Assembly (NCBI RefSeq): GCF_025643275.1
Contig: NZ_CP089977.1
Span: 30,001-62,000, forward strand
Direction of reading: 5' to 3'
DNA: 32,000 nucleotides
Origin: Moraxella nasicaprae
GTDB taxonomy: Bacteria > Pseudomonadota > Gammaproteobacteria > Pseudomonadales > Moraxellaceae
Shown: in pieces, positions 25,303 through 32,000 of the stretch
How positions within the stretch are numbered: position 1 is the stretch's first letter
Layout: each line of letters begins with the position of its first letter
The notes under the pieces: model-generated
Told to the model about the DNA's origin: nothing
The model's input: the letters and a program-made list of their open reading frames with translations, nothing else
Database searches by the model: none
Translations under genes and position numbers: made by a program

Positions 25303-26127
25303 ATGACAAATACCCCTAGTATCCTAAAAAAAATCGTTGCTACCAAACATGAAGAGGTTGCCATTGCCAAGCAACATCACACCATTGATGAGCTACTGGC
25401 TGTCGCCAAGACTCGCACCATGCGTGGATTTGCTAATGCTTTGCGTGCAGTCAAGGTGGCTGATGGCAAGATTGGCGTGATTGCTGAAATCAAACAAGCC
25501 TCTCCATCAAAAGGCGTGATTTGTCAAAATTTTGACCCCGTCGTTGCTGCCCAAGGTTATCAAAAAGCAGGAGCAAGTTGCCTATCCGTTTTAACCGATC
25601 AAATGTATTTTTTGGGGCATGATGATTATTTGATTGCAGCAAGACAAGCCTGCACCCTGCCCGTGCTACGCAAAGATTTTATGGTTGATGAATACCAGAT
25701 TGTCCAATCAGCCGCCATTGGTGCAGATTGCATTCTGCTCATCATGGCGTGTCTTGATGACGATACAGTTGCCAAGTTGCACCACACTGCCATCACGCTA
25801 GGGCTAGATGTATTGATTGAAATCCACACCCAAGAAGAGTTGGACAGAGCGTTGCAACTGCCTCGTTCATCGCACAATATTTATGGCATCAATAATCGCA
25901 ATCTTAATACCTTTGAGGTGGATTTGGCACACAGCATTCGCCTATCGCAACATCTTTTTGAAGTGCTAGGAGATGATGCGTTGGTGGTCAGCGAAAGCGG
26001 TCTTAATGACGCTAATGACATTCATTTGATGCAAAACAATGGCATTCATCATTTTTTGATTGGCGAACAATTCATGAAAACCGATGATGCTGGCAACGCC
26101 CTGCACACCCTATTGACAACGATTTAG
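25303..26127 (+). CDS. trpC: indole-3-glycerol phosphate synthase
   Basis: IAEIKQASPSKG...LSVLTD...LRKDF...INNRNL are TrpC motifs. Confidence 0.92.
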   Translation: MTNTPSILKKIVATKHEEVAIAKQHHTIDELLAVAKTRTMRGFANALRAVKVADGKIGVIAEIKQASPSKGVICQNFDPVVAAQGYQKAGASCLSVLTDQMYFLGHDDYLIAARQACTLPVLRKDFMVDEYQIVQSAAIGADCILLIMACLDDDTVAKLHHTAITLGLDVLIEIHTQEELDRALQLPRSSHNIYGINNRNLNTFEVDLAHSIRLSQHLFEVLGDDALVVSESGLNDANDIHLMQNNGIHHFLIGEQFMKTDDAGNALHTLLTTI

Positions 26128-26146
26128 AAATTATTAAGGAAATATC

Positions 26147-27202
26147 ATGACCGATAAACAAAGAATCTTGACAGGCATTACCACGACAGGCATTCCACAT
26201 TTGGGTAATTATGTTGGTTCCATTCGTCCTGCCATTGCCTCTGCCAAAGAGGCTTTTGCCAAGGGCGATGGTGATGCGTTTTTCTTTTTGGCAGATTATC
26301 ATGGCATCATCAAATGCTTTGACCCTGACGAAATCCATCGCTCCACTCGTGCCATTGCTGCCACTTGGATTGCTTGTGGTCTTGATCCAAACGAGGTCAC
26401 TTTTTATCGCCAATCGGACATTCCTGAGATTCCAGAACTTGCTTGGGTCTTAAACTGCTCTTGTGCCAAAGGCTTGATGAACCGAGCTCACGCTTATAAG
26501 GCGGCGGTCGATCAGAACCTTGCCAAAGAAGATACTGACCCTGATTTTGGCATCAGCATGGGATTGTTCGGTTATCCTGTCCTGATGGCTGCTGATATTT
26601 TGATGTTTAACGCCACGCATGTGCCTGTGGGCAAAGACCAAATCCAGCACATTGAGATGGCCAGAGACATTGCAGGGACTTTTAATTTTAAGTACAAACC
26701 ATTGTTTGTTGAACCCACTGCTGTTGTGGACGAAAACACTCCGCTATTAACAGGGCTAGACGGTCGTAAAATGAGCAAATCTTATGGGAATACCATTCCG
26801 CTATTTGGCGATGGCAATCCACAGATTGACCCAGAAAAAGCCCTCAAAAAAGCCATCATGCAAATCGTCACCAATTCTCAATTACCCGAAGAACCAAAAA
26901 ATCCTGACGACTGCAATATCTTTGAAATCTATAAAGCCTTCGCCACCCAAGATGAAATCAATGCACTTGCTGAACAATATCGTCAAGGCATTGGTTGGGG
27001 TGATGCCAAAGAGATTTTATTTGAAAAGATTAACAGCGAAATCGCTCCTTATCGTGCCAGATATTTGGAATTGATGAACAACCCCAAAGAGCTGGAAGAA
27101 ATCTTACAAATGGGTGCGGTTAAAGCTCGTCGCCACGCCCAAAAGCAACTAGACAAAACCCGTCGTGCCATCGGTATTAAGCCATTGGCAAAATTAAAAT
27201 GA
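26147..27202 (+). CDS. trpS: tryptophan--tRNA ligase
   Basis: [18 protein letters not shown] (HIGH-type motif), [13 protein letters not shown] and KMSKS (RKMSKSYGN), the class Ic signature. Confidence 0.88.
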   Translation: MTDKQRILTGITTTGIPHLGNYVGSIRPAIASAKEAFAKGDGDAFFFLADYHGIIKCFDPDEIHRSTRAIAATWIACGLDPNEVTFYRQSDIPEIPELAWVLNCSCAKGLMNRAHAYKAAVDQNLAKEDTDPDFGISMGLFGYPVLMAADILMFNATHVPVGKDQIQHIEMARDIAGTFNFKYKPLFVEPTAVVDENTPLLTGLDGRKMSKSYGNTIPLFGDGNPQIDPEKALKKAIMQIVTNSQLPEEPKNPDDCNIFEIYKAFATQDEINALAEQYRQGIGWGDAKEILFEKINSEIAPYRARYLELMNNPKELEEILQMGAVKARRHAQKQLDKTRRAIGIKPLAKLK

Positions 27203-27203
27203 T

Positions 27204-27238
27204 GTTGATTGGCTGATTTCTTAAATCAGCCAATCAAC
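27204..27238 (+). other. perfect 14-bp stem / 7-nt loop hairpin between trpS and tenA, no U-tract
   Basis: gttgattggctgat ttcttaa atcagccaatcaac. Every stem position pairs. It is followed by ctctatgg, not a T-run. Confidence 0.7.
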
Positions 27239-27242
27239 CTCT

Positions 27243-27944
27243 ATGGAACATGAAAAGGATAGCATGATGACATTTAGCCAAGAAGTATGGCAAAATAATT
27301 TAGCTCTTTATGAAGCTACTTTAAATTTGCCTTTTAATCAGCAATTAGCCAATGGCACATTGGACAAAGAGGCATTTTGTCATTATGTTATCCAAGATGC
27401 TCATTATTTATTAGCCTATGGCAAAGCATTAGCGATTTGTTCGGCAAAAGCCTATGATAGTGATGCAGTCATCTTTTTTGCCAAAGCTACCGAAACCGCC
27501 ATTGTGGTTGAGCGATTATTGCACAATGGCTTTATGCAAGAATTTGGCATTAGCAAGCAAGATTTTGAAAATACTCCATTAACTCTTGCTTGCCATCATT
27601 ATACCAGTTATCTACAAGCAACTGCTTGGAGCGAAAGTTATCCTGTGGTATTGGCAAGTTTATTGCCCTGCTATTGGATTTATGCTCAGGTTGGCAAAGA
27701 CATTTTTGACAAATCAGTTCCCAACAATCCTTATCAAGCGTGGATTGATACTTATGCAGGCGAAGAATTTCAGCAAGCCGTTGCCCAAGTATTAACCATC
27801 ATTGACAAAGTTGCTGATACTTGCGATGAATTGACTTTGCAAAAAATGCACGAAGCCTATACCACAAGTGCTAAATTAGAATGGCTATTTTGGGACAGTG
27901 CTTTTGAAAAAAGACAGTGGCTTGGATTGGATAAATTAACATGA
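27243..27944 (+). CDS. tenA: TenA family thiaminase II / aminopyrimidine aminohydrolase
   Basis: W......Y......PF...L..G.L....F..YVIQDAHYL..Y.KA layout, and a later CYWIY...Y..WIDTYAGEEF motif typical of TenA. The start could be 27243 or 27264. Confidence 0.8.
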   Translation: MEHEKDSMMTFSQEVWQNNLALYEATLNLPFNQQLANGTLDKEAFCHYVIQDAHYLLAYGKALAICSAKAYDSDAVIFFAKATETAIVVERLLHNGFMQEFGISKQDFENTPLTLACHHYTSYLQATAWSESYPVVLASLLPCYWIYAQVGKDIFDKSVPNNPYQAWIDTYAGEEFQQAVAQVLTIIDKVADTCDELTLQKMHEAYTTSAKLEWLFWDSAFEKRQWLGLDKLT

Positions 27945-28849
27945 TGATTTTGATGAAGTCGGTGTGCTTAATCACGCTCACTTCATCATCAATATTTGAA
28001 AAAGGTTCAATTTTGCAACAACTTTCTGTTCGTCTGTATGACACCCCCATTCAATCCTTGCCCGATGATTTGTATATCCCGCCACAAGCCTTTGCGATTT
28101 GGTTGGAGCAGTTTGCAGGACCTCTGGATTTTTTATTATATTTGGTCAAAAAGAATAATTTTGATTTGACCGAAACCGCCATTTTACCAATCACAGAACA
28201 ATACCTAAACTACATCAACGAGCTGGACGAAACTTATTTTGAGCTGGCTGGCGATTATTTGTTGATGGCAAGCACGCTCATCGCCATCAAAAGCGAATTA
28301 TTGCTACCAAAACCCATCTTGTCCGATGATGAAATGAGTCCAAAAGCAAGACTGATTCAGCGTCTTGAAGAATATGCCCAAATCAAATCGGCAGCACAGC
28401 GTATTGACCAACTTTTGCGACTAGAAAGAGATGTGTTTTTGGCATTCACCAGTCTGCCCAGCCCTGAGGCAATGCAGCGAGAGTTGCCCAATTATCCTGT
28501 GCAAATCCTCGTCAATAGCCTCGTCAATATGCACATCAGACCCCTCAATCCGACACACACTGTTAAGATTGACACCGTGCAATTACCAGAACGCATTGCC
28601 AGCATTACTCGCATTATCAGCGAAAAAGGTTTGGCAAATTTTAGTGAATTGATTGAACCTACTCAGGGCAGACTTGGTATCGTGGTTAGTTTTGTGGCGG
28701 TGCTAGAATTGATGAAGCGAGGTTTGATTGGTTTTGGCGATGAGCCTGAATTTGAAGAATTAGATGGTCAAGCTGGCAAACATCATGCCAAAGAGCTTAG
28801 CCATCTAGGACACCCCATCACACAACAGAGCCTACATTGGCTACACTAA
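27941..28849 (+). CDS. scpA: segregation and condensation protein A
   Basis: FAGPLDFLLYLVKKNNFDLTETAILPITEQYLNYI is the ScpA N-terminal signature. The ATG at 27941 overlaps the tenA stop (ATGA). The true start may be further downstream. Confidence 0.85.
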   Translation: MMILMKSVCLITLTSSSIFEKGSILQQLSVRLYDTPIQSLPDDLYIPPQAFAIWLEQFAGPLDFLLYLVKKNNFDLTETAILPITEQYLNYINELDETYFELAGDYLLMASTLIAIKSELLLPKPILSDDEMSPKARLIQRLEEYAQIKSAAQRIDQLLRLERDVFLAFTSLPSPEAMQRELPNYPVQILVNSLVNMHIRPLNPTHTVKIDTVQLPERIASITRIISEKGLANFSELIEPTQGRLGIVVSFVAVLELMKRGLIGFGDEPEFEELDGQAGKHHAKELSHLGHPITQQSLHWLH

Positions 28850-28858
28850 GGCTTGACG

Positions 28859-29428
28859 ATGAACAATCACGAACAATTTTTGGCAAATCATGGCAAAATT
28901 CAGACATTCAGTCGCTATATTGAGGTCTTATTGCATGCCAGCGAAAGTCCTTTGACCGACCATGACCTAAAAAAGCACCTGATGATGAATGATGCTGAGC
29001 TCAAAGAGGCTTTACTGGCTTTGGAAAGTAGGCTTAGTGATGGTGTTTTGGCATTAAATAAGACTGCCAGCGGTTATCGCTTGCAAATCAAAGACAGTTT
29101 TAGCGGCTTAATCCAGCAAGTCTTTCCAAATCGTCTGGAAAATCTTAGCCAAGCCCTGCTTGAAACCCTCAGCGTCATCGCCTATAAACAGCCCGTCACT
29201 CGTACCGACATTGAGCAAGTGCGTGGCGTGACGGTATCCAGTCATATTCTAAGACAACTGTTTGATAAAGGCTGGATTGTCGAAAAAGGTCATAAAGAGA
29301 CTTTGGGTCGCCCTGCCTTACTGCACACCACAGACGCATTTTTGGACGCATTTGGGCTAAGCAGTCTTGATGAGTTGCCACCATTGCCTGACCTTGAACG
29401 ACTTAGCACCACCCAAACCACCGCTTAG
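28859..29428 (+). CDS. scpB: segregation and condensation protein B
   Basis: IEVLLHASESPLT...LSQALLETLSVIAYKQPVTRTDIEQVRGV...GRPALLHTTDAFLDAFGL matches ScpB. ATG at 28859. The track start at 28853 is TTG. Confidence 0.88.
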   Translation: MNNHEQFLANHGKIQTFSRYIEVLLHASESPLTDHDLKKHLMMNDAELKEALLALESRLSDGVLALNKTASGYRLQIKDSFSGLIQQVFPNRLENLSQALLETLSVIAYKQPVTRTDIEQVRGVTVSSHILRQLFDKGWIVEKGHKETLGRPALLHTTDAFLDAFGLSSLDELPPLPDLERLSTTQTTA

Positions 29429-29524
29429 ATTAAAATTACCTTGTGTAAAATAGCTAAACTTGCTAAACTAAGCCATCTTAGCATACATTGAGAAATGTTA
29501 TTTTCCTAACAGCAGGATTTTTTT

Positions 29525-30466
29525 ATGAACGAACAACTCACCACACAGCAGGATAAACCTGTTGGCGAAAAGCTACAAAAACTACTGGCAAGACTCGGTC
29601 TTGGCTCCCGTCGTGGACTAGAAGAAATCATTAAAGCAGGTCGTGTCTCCATCAATGGACAAATCGCCACTTTGGGCGATAGAGCGGTTTTGACCGATGA
29701 AATTCGTATTGACGGTCGCCCTGTTCGCCTAAAAGCAGAACGAGAAAAACGCCGCCGTGTCATCGCTTACTATAAGCCTGAGGGCGAGATTTGTTCAACT
29801 TCTGACCCAGAGGGTCGCCCTACCGTCTTTGATCGCCTGCCAAAACTGACAGGAGACCGCTGGGTGATGGTTGGTCGTCTGGACATCAACTCATCAGGAC
29901 TACTGCTATTTACTAACGATGGCGAGCTGGCTCATCGCCTGATGCACCCATCAAGCGAAGTGGTGCGTGAATATGCGGTGCGTGTTTTGGGCGAAGTCAC
30001 CCCGCAGATTGCCAACAATCTGACCGCTGGGATAGAACTGGATGATGGTTTTGCCAAGTTTGACGACATCAAAGAAGGTGGCGGTGTGGGCGTGAACAAA
30101 TGGTATCATGTTACCATCAAAGAGGGTCGTAAGCGAGAAGTTCGCCGTATGTTTGACCATCAAGGATTGAAAGTTTCTCGCCTGATTCGCACTCGTTACA
30201 GCACAATGATTTTGCCAAAAGAGTTGCGTACAGGTCGTTTTTTGGAGCTTGATGCCAAAGAAATCGGCAAACTGGTGGAATCTGTGGGCTTGCGTCAGCG
30301 TCAAGGCACAGGGCTAAATACCGCCACCAAAGAAAAACAAGCAAGAATCCACAAAAAACCGCTCAAATCTCGTGAGGTAAAACGAACTCGCCAAGATAAG
30401 AGCAAACGCCCTGCTCAAAAAACAAGCACACCATCACTAAAAAACGCTAAATTTTATAAAATCTAG
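29525..30466 (+). CDS. rluB: 23S rRNA pseudouridine synthase B
   Basis: S4 domain (KLQKLLARLGLGSRRGLEEIIKAGRVSINGQ), the RsuA/RluB catalytic motif VGRLDINSSGLLLFTNDGELAHRLMHP, and a basic C-terminal tail. The conserved scpA-scpB-rluB order is present. Confidence 0.9.
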   Translation: MNEQLTTQQDKPVGEKLQKLLARLGLGSRRGLEEIIKAGRVSINGQIATLGDRAVLTDEIRIDGRPVRLKAEREKRRRVIAYYKPEGEICSTSDPEGRPTVFDRLPKLTGDRWVMVGRLDINSSGLLLFTNDGELAHRLMHPSSEVVREYAVRVLGEVTPQIANNLTAGIELDDGFAKFDDIKEGGGVGVNKWYHVTIKEGRKREVRRMFDHQGLKVSRLIRTRYSTMILPKELRTGRFLELDAKEIGKLVESVGLRQRQGTGLNTATKEKQARIHKKPLKSREVKRTRQDKSKRPAQKTSTPSLKNAKFYKI

Positions 30467-30483
30467 TAATTTTTCTTAATAAT

Positions 30484-30518
30484 AAAAATGGCAAAGTTCG
30501 CTGAGAATTTTGCCATTT
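30484..30518 (+). terminator. rho-independent terminator after rluB
   Basis: aaaatggcaaa / tttgccatttt stem followed by T-rich sequence. Confidence 0.8.
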
Positions 30519-30751
30519 TTATTATTATTTTTGCTCAAAAAATGTACATTAAAACTTTGTCAAGTTTAAAAAATCAATCACTTTTTTTGCAATTATATTA
30601 GGACTTAATCATCAAAAATATTTTTCTACTCTGTTACAAAAAAGATGGAAAATATTTGCATCGCTTAAAGCCTTGCAGTTGCTACACTTTGCATAAAATC
30701 AATGAACAAATCACATTTTTAAAAAAATAACAAGACTTTATTTTTCAAAAA

Positions 30752-30801
30752 AAATTGTCTATATTGTTGCACCGAATATGGCATTGCACTAGATGTAGTG
30801 A
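30752..30801 (+). promoter_or_regulatory. two NrdR-box-like palindromic sites upstream of nrdA
   Basis: gcactagatgtagtga (30786-30801) matches about 12 of 16 positions, and aaattgtctatattgt (30752-30767) about 11 of 16, of the NrdR consensus as I remember it (acacTATATATAgtgt). The centre-to-centre distance is 34 bp, slightly longer than the usual spacing of about 31-32 bp. Confidence 0.35.
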
Positions 30802-30925
30802 TTGACTTTTGAGCATGACACATCGATTGATTTTGCCAAAATATCGCCCAACCGATTGAAAAATCATCATTTTCTATACCAAAGAATTAAGTTGATTGAA
30901 TAAAAAACGAGGACGCAGCTTAGCC

Positions 30926-32000
30926 ATGACACACATTGATCACATCAAAGTAACCAAACGAGATGGTCGCCTAGAAGCCATTGATTATGACAAAATTCAT
31001 CGTGTCATTAATTGGGCGGCAGAAGGCTTGAACAATGTTTCAGTTTCTCAAGTAGAACTAAAATCACATATTCAGTTTTATGATGGGATTCGCAGCCGTG
31101 ATATTCACGAAACCATCATCAAAGCAGCAGCAGATTTGATTTCATCACAAACGCCAGATTATCAGTACTTGGCGGCTCGTTTGGCAATTTTTCACCTAAG
31201 AAAGATTGCTTATGGTGAATTTGAACCACCGCATTTATATGACCATGTCAAAAAACTGACCGAAGCTGGCAAATATGATAAGCATATTTTGCAAGATTAT
31301 ACGAAAGCAGAATTTGACGAACTTAATGATTATATCGATCATGGTCGTGATATGAATCTTGCCTATGCTGCTGTTGAGCAAATGATGGGCAAATATCTGG
31401 TGCAAGATCGTGTCACCAAGCAAGTGTTTGAAAGCCCACAATTTTTGTACATCTTGGTGGGTATGTGCCTATTTGCCAGCTACGACAAATCGGTACGATT
31501 AGACTTCGTCAAGCGTTTTTATGACGCCACTTCCAATTTTTATATTTCTTTGCCAACACCGATTATGGCAGGTGTTCGTACACCAACTCGCCAATTTAGC
31601 TCGTGCGTACTGATTGAGTGTGGCGACAGCTTGGACAGCATCAATGCCACAACATCAGCAATCGTCCGCTATGTCTCACAGCGTGCTGGTATCGGTGTGA
31701 ATGCTGGGGCAATTCGTGCTTTGGGCAGTCCTATTCGTGGCGGAGAAGCACAGCATACAGGGTGCATTCCATTTTTTAAAATGTTCCAAGCGGCGGTCAA
31801 ATCATGCAGCCAAGGCGGTGTGCGAGGAGGAGCGGCGACTTTATTTTATCCTTTGTGGCATTTGGAAATTGAGAGTCTGCTTGTTCTAAAAAACAACCGT
31901 GGCGTTGAAGATAACCGTGTTCGTCACATGGACTACGGGGTGCAGATTAACAGACTGATGTACACCAGACTGATTAAAGGCGAGCAAATCACCCTATTTT
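30926..32000 (+). CDS. nrdA: ribonucleoside-diphosphate reductase alpha subunit, N-terminal part (runs off the right edge)
   Basis: My translation from the ATG at 30926 gives MTHIDHIKVTKRDGRLEAIDYDKIHRVINWAAEGL (ATP-cone)...LAARLAIFHLRK...PTPIMAGVRTPTRQFSSCVLIE...GIGVNAG. These are class Ia NrdA motifs. It is absent from the ORF track because there is no stop in the window. Confidence 0.9.
   Translation, partial: MTHIDHIKVTKRDGRLEAIDYDKIHRVINWAAEGLNNVSVSQVELKSHIQFYDGIRSRDIHETIIKAAADLISSQTPDYQYLAARLAIFHLRKIAYGEFEPPHLYDHVKKLTEAGKYDKHILQDYTKAEFDELNDYIDHGRDMNLAYAAVEQMMGKYLVQDRVTKQVFESPQFLYILVGMCLFASYDKSVRLDFVKRFYDATSNFYISLPTPIMAGVRTPTRQFSSCVLIECGDSLDSINATTSAIVRYVSQRAGIGVNAGAIRALGSPIRGGEAQHTGCIPFFKMFQAAVKSCSQGGVRGGAATLFYPLWHLEIESLLVLKNNRGVEDNRVRHMDYGVQINRLMYTRLIKGEQITLF

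Noticed and set aside
27204-27238. Calling the trpS-tenA hairpin a rho-independent terminator
   Set aside because: The stem is perfect, but no U-tract follows on either strand. It is kept as an unexplained hairpin instead.
1-32000. CRISPR arrays, tRNA/rRNA genes, IS elements, integrases and flanking direct repeats around the two accessory regions
   Set aside because: I noticed no regularly spaced repeats, no cloverleaf-like or rRNA-like stretches, and no transposase- or integrase-like ORFs. I could not find matching direct repeats at the island borders by eye. A computational repeat search would be needed to be certain.

Overview
The window looks like a chromosomal segment of a moderately AT-rich gammaproteobacterium. 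Gene content and order (tonB-exbB-exbD, split leuC/leuD/leuB, trpGDC) suggest Moraxellaceae, possibly Moraxella; this is unverified. Most of it is housekeeping. Minus strand: leuA 5' end, serC-gloB-mntP, a ThiXYZ-like ABC importer, a YghU-type GST, tonB-exbB-exbD and leuC...leuD...leuB. Plus strand: an Lrp/AsnC regulator, rlpA, a LysR regulator, trpG-trpD-trpC-trpS, tenA, scpA-scpB-rluB and the nrdA 5' part. I saw no rRNA, tRNA, CRISPR array, transposase or integrase.

Two accessory insertions stand out.

(1) A four-gene minus-strand cassette at 20.8-23.5 kb lies between the LysR gene and trpG. It looks like the last surviving piece of a prophage head module. It contains a 5'-truncated MuF/SPP1-gp7-type head-morphogenesis gene (PPYHFNCRS motif) carrying an unrecognised C-terminal domain of about 170 aa. 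A small acidic immunity-like ORF overlaps it. A translationally coupled pair follows: a 261-aa helical-repeat protein and a 137-aa HEPN-like protein. Then come a strong terminator and a 19-codon fragment resembling a scaffold-protein N-terminus. This cassette is my best candidate for an undescribed toxin/immunity or defence system.

(2) The leu operon is interrupted twice by AT-rich cargo. Between leuC and leuD are a DUF4272-like protein, a Cys-rich lipoprotein, a decayed ORF, a PEBP/YbhB protein and a PIN toxin-antitoxin pair that ends 26 nt before leuD. Between leuD and leuB is a 167-aa ORF with a PUA/EVE-like signature.

Smaller points: an unusually long TonB with a TolA-like charged helical insert and tandem Fur-box-like sites upstream; a possible long-form HolD (psi) homologue; a ThiY-type importer with no room for a TPP riboswitch; and NrdR-box-like sites upstream of nrdA. 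All family assignments rest on motif recognition by eye, because no searches could be run.
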